Shown here one piece after another: positions 23,552 through 36,140 of a stretch of DNA of 64,000 nt (the stretch's first letter is position 1; the number at the start of each line of letters is the position of its first letter). Source of the stretch: Amoebophrya sp. A120 (lineage: Eukaryota; Protista; Dinoflagellata); assembly GCA_905178155.1 (NCBI GenBank), contig CAJINV010000005.1:2544054-2608053 (forward strand), read 5' to 3'. Position numbers and translations under genes: made by a program. The notes beneath the pieces are model-generated. The model searched no databases, was not told where the DNA came from, and was given only the letters and a program-made list of their open reading frames with translations.

Positions 23552-25033
23552 CGTCTTTGAGCGATGATCTGGAATGTGCCTTGCAAAAATATTGTGCTAG
23601 TAGTAGTTTTTCCAAGAAGCAGGACAAATCAATGAAATTTGGATTGCCGAGTGACATTTATTGGGTAGAAGCAGAAAACCAGAAGATGTATTGTCATGCA
23701 CAAATGCAACTCAGTACGTGCGCGATACTTTTGCACAGGATACGGGATTTGCAGTTGCGACATATGTAGATGCAAAAGGAACTGAAGTAGCATTCGTACT
23801 ACGAGGAGAAGCAGGAGAATATTCATCGTCCAGATCGTCGTGTAACTGAAGATGATTGCATAGCCAGCATTTGATATACAAAGCGACCGAGCGTTGACTT
23901 CTAGCGCCAGTGCCAAGCACAACATGTGATAGAAGTGGACAAGAAGAGTCAGAAATTGACTTTGCAGGCACCCCACCTGATCATGTTAATGTTTGTATAA
24001 TGAAAGAACCAGCTGGTGCTTGCACAAGTGCACAAGCAGGAAACAAGATGAGAGTAAATAAGGGAATAAACAAGCAACAAGCGTGAGAAGGAAAACTACC
24101 ATGTTCACTACCGCTGCACAAAATAATCTTGAACTTGTTTTCCTTGTGCTCGTTTATATGTAGGTGTAGCAGCCACAGCAGTTTTCGCTTCATTGAGGCA
24201 CGAATTCTTGTGCGACGGAATCTAACTATGTCGCCACGGTCAAAAATTGTCTCTGTGGAAATGAGAATCGGCTCCAGTTTATTGCTGCATTCAAATTATA
24301 TATATTCCTAGTTGCCGCTTGGAGTCCAATAAGTAAAAACTCTGCACGTTGTAATGCCAAGGTGAATTCGAAAAAAAAAAAAATGTCTGCTACTTGTAAT
24401 TGTGCACGCGTTCTTTTTCCGCTACTTGTAGTAAGATTTGTACCTGGATGGCCATTGATTGTAGTGGGCCGCTACCTGTAATAATTGTATTAACCTTCGC
24501 GGGAAGTAGAGAGGAAGCGATGCCAATGCACCGCGTAGAAGTTAGTAGGAGAGCGTGTTAAATGTGATTCCTTGCGAGCACTTCTTGCACTATACGGCTA
24601 GAAGCTTGATGTAAAAATCGAGATGAGCAAAGTAGAGAACTTTTCTATCACAGAACACGAATAGCAATCCAACAGAAATACTTTTTGTTTTTGAGCATCC
24701 ATTGTCCTCTAGAGCCAGGTAATTCCTTTCGAAGAACATAAAGCCTTAGCCACTGCAAGGAAGTCAAGTGGAAGAAAATAAAGGCGCGACGAACTACTCA
24801 AAGAAATGCAGCGAGTAAAAACTACTTGCCTCGTACTGCTGGCCGCAGAGACCGTACCCACTGCTGCAAATGCGTCAGGGTCTGAAAAAAACGCTGGTTG
24901 GTGTGTGTGGTCATGCATGAAGCATAAATATTTTTACGTTTATGAGAAGAGTTGAAAGCATGATCCATTGGTTTAATATCATTCGCTTCTATACAACATA
25001 GCAAAAAGTAGATGATCGGGGGTCGTACTTAAG

Positions 25034-25669
25034 TGGTAATCATCCCTAATATCCCAGAATTAGGATCAGTTGCAGACCTTGAAGATATTGGCAATGCATA
25101 TCCCGGCCTATGAAAGCCTCAGGTTGGAAATCCTCAAAGTGGAAATAATTTGCAATGCAAAAAAACGACTCCAGTTGAAGTGCCATTTGTAGTCGGCGCA
25201 TGACAAATTTCCCGGGCACTCAAAACGTGTCTGTCATGCTACTTAGACAAAGGGGTGTCCTTCTGTCGTGCTAATCAGCAGCCCAATTCTTCACCCCTAG
25301 CAGGACAATAGTCGGCCTCCATTGTGTCCTATGCAATACAGTGTTTTTTGCCTGGCATTTCATGCATCACAAATTATTTCCACGTTGAGGATTTCCATTC
25401 TGAGGCTTTCATACGGCCTCGGCGTCAACATCAGGAACGACGACCATCTATCCTGTGCAAAAGTATCGTATTCGTACAAATGCAGGTCTGGCATTACAAA
25501 TCATTTTCTTAAAGGCAAATCCGCATTACAAATGTTATTTCTCATGCTGAGAAAATTTGTAATGCATTTATACGAATACGATACTTTTGCAGTTCATACC
25601 ATCAGAAGCTGGATGCGTCTCTATGGCGAGGAAAAAATCATATCTTCTCTCGTGCTCGTCCCTTCTACA
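25034..25669 (+). CDS. Internal exons of a hypothetical protein
   Basis: Removing introners 25109-25413 and 25449-25598 opens a + frame: VIIPNIPELGSVADLEDIGNAYPGLGVNIRNDDHQKLDASLWRGKNHIFSRARPFY. Gene ends not resolved. Confidence 0.45.
25109..25413. mobile_element. Introner family C (opposite orientation to 7021 and 46126)
   Basis: DR CGGCC/CGGCC. Confidence 0.92.
25449..25598. mobile_element. Introner family D
   Basis: DR CCATC/CCATC. Confidence 0.88.
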
Positions 25670-26095
25670 GTACTAAAACTCGCAAGAAATTATACATCTG
25701 TAGTGATGGTGATGCCTCATTTATTGTGTACTACTTACATGGACTTTTTGTCCTTATCTATTGCAGACAGGGGAAACCGAAACGGAAGACATGTGAACAT
25801 TCTTCTACTTCTGCCGGTCTTACAGGCGTTTTTTGCTTCGGCCACGGCGCCAGAGATCATGTTGCCTGCCGTGGTTTATTGCTAATCGGATGTTGGGTCA
25901 TACTCAAACAGTGCAATAATTCTACATGTATGCCTCAAAGAGGAAGCGCAGCAACAACAAGCGTTTACACTTTACTGCAATTTATTTCAAACAGCACAGC
26001 TAAATTCTTGGTGTGTACACAAATGCAGAATAATGAGAAGTAGAATGTGAAGGGGGACGAGGATTTTTCATTTTGATATATACACACGTTTTTAG

Positions 26096-29000
26096 CCGGG
26101 TCTACCACCGCGCCAACGCTGGCCGATCAGGCTCTTCTGGCGGCTAATGCAATTATGGACCCTGCCAATGACGACGACGACAAGAAGAAGGGGGCTGTGC
26201 AAGGTGCACTGACAACAAACATCGTCATGGAACTCGCAGAGGGCACAGTTGACCAAGCCATGGCCGATGCTGTCCAGGCGGATGTCGAGGCTGCGGCGAT
26301 CGAGGCTAACGCGAATGCCGCTTCGGTCGCCGCGAAGATCGTGGACGTTGTGCAAGCCAAGTTGACAGCAGGTACTTTTGTTCTGGCTGCAGGTAGCACT
26401 TCAACTTCTAAAATTTGGTTTCGAATGTACTCACCAGAAGGGAATTATAGCAGATACTTCGCGAATTTAAGCAGATCCAAAAGTTGCCGCTTTTTATCAT
26501 TTTGGCAAGCATTGTGAGGACGAAGGTCAAGCCTTGATCGTCAAGGTAGCAGGTCCAGGTGGCACTCCCCATGACGTCCTGGCTGCATGCTGGAGAAGCT
26601 TACCGCTGAATCCGCTTGCGCGAGGGTTACGCACTCGCTTGGGCCGATAGGGATATTAGAGAGGGCGACTGAGAAGGGCGGTCGGCCCCTCCAGCCAACA
26701 AAATTCGGCATTGCTGCCCCAGTTGCCCTCTGACCTGCTTCTAGTATTTTTGTTGGAGCAGGCGCATTCTTTAGCCTCACCATGATGGTGCTCCATCTTG
26801 ATTTTTGCGCTATGCAGCCTCACCTCGTGTGCCTGCGTTGCCTTGCCCCTGTTTTACGATGTGGCGTCGCGTTTTCAGTCTTTACGGCACATTCGTAGAG
26901 GCACACGCGGCCGCTCGGAAGCAAAGCAGCCCGCCGCGACGTTTTTACTCGCGCGCGCCAAAGGTTTCGGCGCAGGGGTGTTGCGCGTTTCATAGGGCGG
27001 CCGGGAATAAAAAAAAACAGCTGGTGCTGGCGGCCGCGGCGCGGAGCCACTGCACGAGACGCGGCGCTACTTCGCGAAAGCATTAAAAGCGAACAAATGT
27101 TCCGCGCGCAGGTCGCCGAAACAATTCGCAAAGCCAATAAGTTAGGCCCTCCGTGTGGAGGGTTGAGTGAAGCTGTCGTGTTTCGTTCGGCAGGAAAGCT
27201 CGGCTTCTTCTTGCGTCGCTAGCGGCACACAAAGAAACCGGCCCCTCCGCCCGGAGGGGGCGGTTTCTTTAGGACCCGGAAGTTCCGAAAGTGCCAACTT
27301 TCGTTGTTTTCTGGGTAAAAGGTAGCGGTCCGGCTATCAAACAAACCGCCCCCTCCGCGCGGAGGGGTCTGTTTCTTTCTGGGCCGCCAGCGGCGGACGA
27401 AGAAACCGAAAATAAGAAATCGACCCCTCCGCGCGGAGGGGTCGATTTCTTATTTTCGGAACGGCGCGCGCAGCGCGCCGAAGAATTTTTTTTTGTTGCG
27501 TCCAGCACTGGCCTCGGAAGCAAGTCGTGGGCCACGCCTCCGCGCGGAGGCGAGGATTTCTTGTTTTCCCAGTGTGGAGCAAGAGCAACGACAACGACGA
27601 GCCATTCCTGAGGAGGTGGGCGCCACGGTTGTCTGGTTCCTTCCTTATGCGGCATAGCGCGCGCGCACTGGCGCCGTGGGGCTGCGCTCCTTAAGGCGCA
27701 TGTAGCGTGGTGCGTGCGTTGTTACGGGCCTTTTGTCCGAGGGTAGCACCTGTCGCGCAGGCGCCGCTGCATGGGATTCCGCTCCGGAGCTCGGTGGCGA
27801 CTCGCGAGAGACGAAGGGCATGAGCATGCATGGGACACCGGCGCCACGACAAAGCCAACCAACGGGCTGTATCTTTGTTTGGGGCGCGCCACGTTTCGCC
27901 CAACCTTTTTTCGCTGTGTTGTTTCTGGAAAATCAAAACTCATGGTCATGCGGCAACTTTTTGCCTCTGGCGGTGTAGGGTTCGACCTTCGTTGGATGGA
28001 GTTAACTCTGCAGCAGTGGCGCCCGGTTTTCTTACAAGCTGCCGGCCGCCTTGTGCGATGGATCGGCGACGCATTCTCCCCTGCCCTCGCCAAGGCAGCC
28101 GCAGCTTCTCTGGCGCCGGGCAATCTGCTTAAATTATTGAAGTATCTGCTTCTACTACCTGATACACAGTAATCGTAAAAGTAAGTTGAGTCTGCCAACA
28201 TCGTGGTGAAATGTTTATTCATATTGATGATTGTTCTTGTGGTAAGTTGATGGCCCAAAATAAAATAAAGAAAGCTCAGCGACAAATCCGCAAGGATGAG
28301 CAAACAAAGGGCTTAAAGGGTTAAGGGAAGGGTTTAGGGACAAGGCAACTGGGCGATGCAACTGGCTGTAGCTTCGTGTTTTCCAGTGTTTCCCGGTGGC
28401 GTTTGCGTGCCATCGCTCAAGCCTCGGCTACGGCGGTGTTGACAGGAAGGGAGAGCAGAGGAGGCTCTCTTAGGACCTGCCAGCTTTGAGGAATCTGTTG
28501 CTTGGACACGAGGATGGGCAAGCAGAGGCGGCTTGTTTTGGACCTCGTGGCTGCGCGGAGGCTCTTGGTAGGACTAGCACGGAAGAGGAGGTAGTGCAAG
28601 TCCCGCCTCCTGAAGCCAAGGATTAAGGGCGCCGCAGTGCAATTTTTCCGAGGCAACTCCCCAGTCTTGGCTGTTCGACATCAAAGCGGGCGTTTTTTTA
28701 GTCAAGTTCTGGTGGCAAATTGTTGAAACACAGCTTGCCAGCCACTTACTCTCAGAAACTTCTCAACGAGCACGTACAACAGTCACTCGCTCGCCTAAAG
28801 AAGCGAGCATGAGCAACCAACTGATATTCAACACCCACGCCAGCATCCACACCGGCCACTGCAGAGCTGTGCATATCAACTGTAAAAATGTCTGGGTCTG
28901 GAAGAATGCAAGTTTGTCATGCTTGTCTGGCATGATTCGAGACTCTGTGTTGCATAGGCACGAAAAAGCACTCGCGCCTGTCATGCAAAAACGCAGTTTG

Positions 29001-31133
29001 CCATGCGGAATACGTTAGACATGGCAGCCAGAGAATTTGTCATGCATAGCTGCGTACTGCAGTGCGTCTATCATTCATTTTTAGCATTACAAGTTTCCAG
29101 ACCCAGACACTTTTGCATTTGATAGCGCACCTGCGTGAACGAAGGCGACGTGGACAAGTACACTGCGCCAGCGTCTTATGAAAGTGCACAAGTCCCCCTC
29201 CCGCTACCCCTCATAATTTGTGATGCAACATACCGAATCCACCACTTGTGCTGAAGCAGTGTTTGCATGACAAATTTCGGAACCTGAAACAGTACTAGAG
29301 TCCGTGAGTAGATTTGTCATGCAGAAGGCCGCCCATTGCTGCCGTTGCTTGTGTAGTTCCCGTTCATGCATTACAAATGGGGGGGAGGGGGAGTTGTGCA
29401 TTACCATACGCCTGACGCCGCAAACCAGGCCTGGCTGAATACCATATCAACTGCAAAGGTGTCTGGGTCTGGAAGAGTCCAAGGTTTGTCATGCACTGGT
29501 AGCATGACTCCAACTCCAAGTCCAAAGTCTGTCAACATGCACATTTAGTTAATACCCAAAAGCCCCATTTTTCTGTCATGCAGAAACGCGTTTTGTCATG
29601 CTGTGCTGCAAGATGAAATTGCAAATGAGGCGTCCTCATGCTCATGATTGTCCTACCCGCATGACAAGTTTCCAGACCTCCCAGGCATTTTTGCAATGGA
29701 TATACCACACTGCAGGACGATGGTTCCTACCAAGATACCACCTACGGGGAAAAGTACGTGGATCAGTACAGTGGGTACGCCGACTACTATCGTGAGAAAA
29801 AAGTGTTACAGTTACACACAACTCTGACGCAAGACAAGCAAGACGGACAACCTCTGTCATGCAGAAAATGCTTGCCAATGCCAGCGTCGTTTCATTCGTG
29901 TTTAGTTCATCCCTTATGGTCTACTGCGCATTATATATTAGAGCGACTTTGTGATGCTGAAACGCCAATAAATGTGTAACTGTATATAACACTTTTTTCC
30001 TGTGATAAGTACGGCGAATACTGCCTCGGGTGGGAAGACGAGTGCGATTCCGGCGTGGCGGGTGATAACACCCAGTGCACCATCACGGACAAATCGACCC
30101 AGTGCAATGTCGCGGAGGCGTCCTTAACGACAAACACCGCCACGGTCACGGTGCCCGCTATACATTGCAAATGTGTCTGCGTCCGGGTCTGGAACAAGAT
30201 TCTTAGACCTGTCATGTACGTGTTGTATGAGCAATGATGTCTGGTGGTGTGATGCATGCCGTAGTAGCGACGGCACAGATTTATTCCTGAGGGCTTCTCG
30301 ATGCCTATCTTTCCGCGTGACAAATCTTCTCGTCGCTCCACGTAGCAAAAACTACATTTATTCCCTTTGTTGCTCATGCGACACAGATCGTTTATTTGGA
30401 ATCCAAATGCAGCATCACACGTTGCAATTGCATTCTTCCAGACCACCCAGAAATATTTGCATTTGATACCTGCGTGGTGCGCGCAGAAGTGGTGCTACGT
30501 GCGAACGGCCAGCGCACCGAATGGCGCCATCGCCAAAAAAGACGCCATATGCATAATGCAAAAGTGATCGTACTTACTCGTAAAGAGCATTGCAAATACA
30601 AATTTCGTTTCCAGAAGTAGGAACAAAAACGCGAATTTGTATGCAATGCTGATTGAATAAACCAAATAAGCGTCCAGATAAGTAATTTGATGTCATGCAT
30701 AGCGGCAATTACGTTTACGACAACGATGAGTGCGATACTTTTGCAACCCATATGCGAGTGCGCCGCCGGCCTGTTCCAACATCGCAGACATGACCATCTC
30801 GCGGTACGGAAACTTTAACATTTGGTACTCCTTATCCCAGCGAGAAATGCAGACAGGCCATGTTTGTAATGCGAAACTGAATATGCTTAATAACGAACAA
30901 CGAAGCACCAGTCTGCGTTCTTGCGTATGTATCCCAAGCACCACGACGCTTTGGGCTCGCACGTGACAGATTTTTCTCTTACATTATTTTTGCGACGTGT
31001 TGACAAATAATTACGTGGCACTTGCCTGTCTTTATTTTCTGTCGGATACTCCTATGCTTACTGCGCTGCGCCAGTCACTACTACTACTTCTACTACTACG
31101 GCCACGGACGCGGCCACGGAGGCGCCGAAGTAG
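26096..31133 (+). CDS. Cys/Trp-rich secreted protein, paralogue 6 (5' part unresolved, possibly disrupted)
   Basis: Acidic exon 26096-~26391 is homologous to 14053-14374. A large intron with insertions follows, then ~28826-31133 with 7 introners: ELCTCVNEG, NQAWLN, DYGEYCLGWEDEC, PAWCAQKWCYV, CSNI, IWYSYAYC-T-rich; TAG 31131-31133. Confidence 0.7.
26430..28169. mobile_element. 1.74-kb non-autonomous TIR element inserted at TA, with internal palindromes
   Basis: Subterminal inverted repeats 26449-26476 and 28123-28150 (AGCAGATACTTC-nnn-AATTTAAGCAGAT); TA on both sides; empty site in the paralogous intron at 14405-14406. Confidence 0.75.
27406..27459. repeat. Perfect 54-bp palindrome
   Basis: CCGAAAATAAGAAATCGACCCCTCCGC|GCGGAGGGGTCGATTTCTTATTTTCGG. 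Confidence 0.95.
28874..29124. mobile_element. Introner family B
   Basis: DR GTGCA/GCGCA. Confidence 0.88.
29177..29408. mobile_element. Introner family E
   Basis: DR CGTCT/CGCCT. Confidence 0.85.
29445..29702. mobile_element. Introner family B
   Basis: DR TACCA/TACCA. Confidence 0.9.
29788..30007. mobile_element. Introner family I
   Basis: DR ACTAC/AGTAC; restores ADYGEYC. Confidence 0.85.
30159..30468. mobile_element. Introner family B
   Basis: DR CCCGC/CCTGC. Confidence 0.85.
30548..30752. mobile_element. Introner family D
   Basis: DR CGCCA/TGCGA. Confidence 0.8.
30833..31048. mobile_element. Introner
   Basis: DR CTCCT/CTCCT; restores WYSYAYC. Confidence 0.85.
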
Positions 31134-31447
31134 CTGGCAGTGATGACAGATGAAGGTTGTGATGGTGTTATTTGAAAGAATAGCAACCTGAACCAGAAGT
31201 GGAGCCAGTACAAGACTGACCACGACGAAGTATGTACAAAAATGTTTTAGTATGAGAAGTATATCAAGTAGTTGCAACAAGTAAGTCGATTCTTGGGGCT
31301 GTTCGGGGACCACGGGGCAACAAATAGATACAATACATAGTGACGAGAAGAAGTAGAAAAAGTAAAAGTCGAGTCGATTCTTCGAAGTTCCACCGTTCGA
31401 AGAGATGAAACATCAGCGGAAAAGAAGTATGAAGGTGAATTACAACT

Positions 31448-31768
31448 TATCAAAGTAAAAAAAGCCCCCACCCCATATCAAAACGAAACTTCTGATGCAG
31501 GATTTGCGTACAGAAATCAGATTTTTCTTGCAGTAGAGGACTCCAGGCCCATATCATGCCAATGCAGAGAGGTTTTGGCCTAGGCACTTAGCATGGGGAA
31601 CGCCTATGCTGTAGGACCAACGGCATTACAAAGCGGCTGCATAATGGGGCGGAGTCCATGCCGTTGCTTTCTTGCAAGACAGACGCGATTTGTGGTCACA
31701 AATCAGCATCGCAAATTGTCTGAGACGTTCCATTTCGATATGGGGAGGGGGTATTTTTCCTTACGACA
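31448..31768. mobile_element. Introner family F (host gene unresolved)
   Basis: DR CAACT/CAACT; body similar to 15621-15917. Confidence 0.8.
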
Positions 31769-33512
31769 CAACTCGTCGTCTCCGCCCTCTGCTCTTGCAA
31801 AGGAGCTGCACCCGGACCCAGGGGGGCACTCGACTTTGCATTTCTTTTTGGCGCCGCTTGCCTCACAAGTTACGGGGGCCAAACCGCACTACTGTCCGGC
31901 CGTGGTTCTGTCATGCGGATGCTGTCGTGCGCTCTGTCGAAGTACTATGTCATGCGGAACTGCAAGCCAGATAATTTCTGCCATCTCTTCTGTAGTTGCT
32001 GGGGCAGATGCAGATCATGGGGAGGGCGACGATACGTGCACGCCCATACGAGGAAACGCCCCCTATTTGAGATGGGAACAGCACGTGGTAGATGAAACGG
32101 TATCCGGAAGCAAACTAAAACACTTTTCAATCTTTACACACAGCCTTTTTACTCCTGTGAAATACAATGACAAGTAGACTGAAGATCAAGATTTCGATTT
32201 ATGCTTGCTTTTGTGGAGTTTTTTGAACAGCTGGATACAGTGGACGGAAGAGACGACCTGACCGATAATTTTTGAGATAAATAATGAAGTTACAACTGGT
32301 TGTAGAAATGAAAAAAAAATTGGGTGTGTAATATTACCAAGTTTCGAAAATAATTAATCACGATGGAAACAGATGAAAGAAATCGGCGCTGCCTTGCCAA
32401 GCAAGACGCATAGAGCAACACGTAATTTAGAAGGAGAAAGATCGTCCTCTTCAAGAAGGCGATTTCATTTGAAGACAGACGCGAAGATGTCGATCTGAAC
32501 TGCTCCTATGCGTTTTTTCATGAATGAATCCTGTACATATGACGTTTTCTACGAACGATGAATACTATCAAGTGGTGGAAGACGATCTACTCCTGCTCGG
32601 GCCACTTGTTCATTACGTCGGGAAGTGAGAACGGCTCATCCGAAGCCGGACGACTTGCGGGTGCGGCGGGAACAAATATAGTACAAAAGTCATCCTTTGG
32701 TGGTCCTCCTGAGGTACTTTGTTTGTGGCTTTAATAACACACGAACTCGTGCAGAAGGTAGAGGTACAGTCTCTGATTTCCTCACTGTCGTGTCTCGATC
32801 TTCATGTAGTCGTGCACGAATAGATTGACTACGAGAATGAAATATTACGCAAGTAAGTCATTAAAAAATGGATTTTCATCGGAGATTGAAATTATTGTGT
32901 GAGTTTGACACAGGAGTGCAAGTGGGAGAGATGCAGGCGACCTGCAGAGAAATTCATGTTCAACGCTGGGAGGAGTCGGAAAAGGAAAAAGATGATCATG
33001 GCTGGCGGTTGTAGATGTGATTCCATTTCGAAATCGAATTCCATTTCCAGCCGTGAAAAAGGAAAAGAACAAAATAAACATGGTGTGTCTGTCTCTCCTC
33101 GCGCCGATAATTACATGCAAGGGCAAAACCTAGAGGGACCCGGCAAGAATGCCCCGCCCCGCCTAGGCACCGGAAAGAACCAACGAAGACCTGGGCCGCG
33201 GCGTCCTACTCTAGCAAGCGGCTGACCGCCAGTGCCGCTTGCAAAATATTAAAGCGGCGGGTTCGCGCTCGCCCTTGCCGGATGGATGTAGAAGTGGAGA
33301 AGGCCGCCTGCGAACAAAAGCAGAAGAGCTAATGGCGCTTCATTGAAGACAGATCTTGTGGCGCCCTCTCAAGGACATCGTCAATCGACGAGGACGAGTT
33401 CTTGCGACGCCACTACTACTTGTGAGAACGAAGTGTAGTTGTTTTTAAAAACCATATCTACAATCTTCGACAGCGAAGAGCCTGTGCCTGGCGGATCCGG
33501 AACGAAACATCA

Positions 33513-35276
33513 ATGTTTTCGCGGCGGCCTCATGAAGAAGGACGTGCAACCTCTGCTTTTTTCCTGGCCGCTGTCATTGTTGTCACGGCTGCTGGGGCAT
33601 TGCCGGGCGCGGATGCGCTGAACATTCGGAAGACCAACATGAATTCTGCTGGTGTAGTCCCGGCCGAATATGCAAGTGGGAGTGCAAATCCAAATAGCAC
33701 TTTGGCGGGGAGTTGTACGTTAAGATTTTTGCAGGATTATTTGTCATGCTGGGCTCCTTAACGGAAGTAGAAAAATTTCGGTTCTTCATGATGCCCGTTG
33801 CTAGTAGTCCTCTCTGGGACTTCCATCTTCCATCTTTGGCTTCTATGTTCCGGGGCCACGGACTACAACTATGTATCCTTTACAATATCACATGAGCTGC
33901 AAAGAATTTTTACCACTTTCCTGACGCAGGCAGGTTTGGCTTTGCCAAGTTTGCATTTGATGACTTCGAACATGAAGTTGAGGACAAAGAGCCCAAGCTC
34001 CTTTCCCGGTCGAAAAAAGAGAAGAGCACGAAGGCAGGATCAACATCCAAGGCGAAGGACGAACCCCTAATAGTGAACGGAGAAATTTCAGAGCCGGTCG
34101 CGGAAGTCTGCGCGTGTGTGAACGAGGGCGTCGACAAGTTCAGTGCGCCGGGACACGTTATGAAAATGCAAGTATCGATGACAGGGGTCGGTGATGTGAT
34201 CATTTAACTTGCAAAAATTTATCCTCTATAGTTTTTTAGAGGCGTGTGCGTGTCGATGTCCATGTCGAATATGCACGGACACGCACGCGACCCTCGGTCG
34301 TCTAAAACAAGCACAACTTGCTACGCTAGATATGAAAATTTTTGTTTTTGTTCGAAAGGTGGTAGTCTTGCTTTTTCTTAGGAAAAAATACAACTAGTAC
34401 TTCTACATTTTTAATAGCATCATTTGTTAGCACATCCAAGCCAGCAGATCGAGTATCTGTCGCTCCTCGGGGGCTTCTTGCTTCATGTTTACAGAAGATT
34501 TTTGCAGCAGCTTCTTGCGAACCGCGTATCAACATCAATTACAGCATTGCACTCGTGAAGATGTTCGCGTTCCAGACCACCTGTGGCCATCATTATACTT
34601 GCAAAAATGCATACACAACGCGCTGAATCAAGCCTGGCTGAACGAGACCGCGGATGTAAACGGGACGTTCGATGACACCCAATACGGCAAGAAATACTTT
34701 GGTACGTACGGGGGTTTGCCCAACTACGGAGAATACTGCCTAGAATGGGACAGTGAATGTCCAGGAAAAGACGGCAGAACCGGGGACAAAACGGAGTGCG
34801 CGGTGACGGCTGCGACCGCCGCCACCGAGTGTGCGGCGGACACCTCCACCCTACCCGCCAATTGCCTCCGCATGTGGTGCTTCATCCGGACGCACACGGC
34901 CCTGAACGGATTCATCGCCCGCGATGCGGGTAGCGAAGCCCCACAGTGCACGAACGTGGACGACTATCGAAGGAATAAAAAATAACACCATCACAAAAAT
35001 CTTTACACTTTTGCACCAGAAGTTCGTTTCGCATGGCAATTTTTTCTTGTATTGCAATAACAAAGTGAATACTTGACAGAGATGCGCTGATATTTGCGCA
35101 TGACAAAACTTGCAAAAATGTGCAAACGTGATTCTGATTGCGATGGTGTTTTTTCCTTGAATAACGACGTCGCGAAGATCACCGAGAACGGTAAGGACCT
35201 GTACTACTCGTACAATCTTTGCTACGCAACCACCACAACCACCACCCCAGATCCCTTCGGGTTCTTCCTCCTCTAG
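33513..35276 (+). CDS. Cys/Trp-rich secreted protein, paralogue 7
   Basis: Hydrophobic N-terminus (AFFLAAVIVVTAAGAL); 3 introners. VCACVNEG, NQAWLN, NYGEYCLEWDSEC, PANCLRMWCFI, CTNV, LYYSYNLC-TTTTT. Confidence 0.85.
33669..33965. mobile_element. Old introner
   Basis: DR CCGAA/TCGAA; frame restored. Confidence 0.55.
34159..34613. mobile_element. Introner
   Basis: Short TIR TATG..TGCAAGTAT / ATACTTGCA..CATA; DR CACGT/CACAA. Confidence 0.75.
34965..35163. mobile_element. Introner
   Basis: DR ACGAC/ACGAC. Confidence 0.85.
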
Positions 35277-36140
35277 CCACTTCGGCTTCATCATCGGCAG
35301 TTGGCTGTCGTGACGCGGCTCCAACCTTTCATTCATGATGAAGTAAGAGCAGGACGTCGAGTGCTGAGATTGTAAATAAACAGTGCTGCAGGTCCAGCTT
35401 CTAAGTACCTGAATAATAGAAGTACCTTACCTCGTAAAATAAATTTTATTTGAGGACGATTTGCTAAGTGTTACGTATACGTTGGAAGAGTTTCATCTTT
35501 TTCAGATGAGAGAGAAGTAGAAGGAAACAGCACTTATTTCCTTGCCAAGCAAGTAGACCCCGACTAGGCTGTAATGCAGGAGTAGAAGCCGTTTCCGTTA
35601 CCGTTTTTCGTGCATCCTATCAAGCATCAAAATGTAGTTTCAACAAACTCTCAGTTGTTGTCACATGTGAAAAGATGAAATGAACAACAAGAGTCTTCGA
35701 CCAAACGTAATGCTAGCTCATGGTGTGGACGTGGACCACGTTTGTGTCTCTCTTCTAAGCAGCCGTTGGACAAGTGGAAGAGCGTGGGCGGCGGCCGTAG
35801 ACGACTGAAGAAGGTCCACCATGACTTTCGAGTATACAACAATACGCGGTCGTCGGCCCCGTGGGCCTGGTGCAGCGGCCGCGTCTACTTGAGTTCCTGC
35901 AGGTCATTCTTGCTAGTACCGAGTCTGGTGCTGGCGGAGCACCGGTCCGTCGTGTATGTAACCAAAAAGGTAGCGTCTTCGTCTTCGTCTTCGTCAATGT
36001 AGGACATCACCAGCAGTAGATCTACTAATTCACTCAGCGCCAGCAGGTGCAGGGGGTCGGTTCTGTTTCTGTCTTCGATTTCGTGAGGGACAATAAGACT
36101 GGGACTGTTCTTCGGTGAATTCTGAAATATCTTCTATATC

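Noticed and set aside
27269-27655. Overlapping ORFs on both strands with an identical peptide (ENKKSTPPRGGVDFLFS)
   Set aside because: An artefact of the 54-bp palindrome.
28308-28340. Telomere-like GGGTTAAGGGAAGGGTTTAGGG
   Set aside because: Only one exact TTTAGGG unit; too short and degenerate to call an interstitial telomere.
5808-31000. Numerous 60-190 aa ORF-track entries rich in C/M/H (e.g. PDPDIFAFD, CMTN)
   Set aside because: They are translations of introner TIRs and the TTGTCATGC motif, recurring in unrelated places on both strands.
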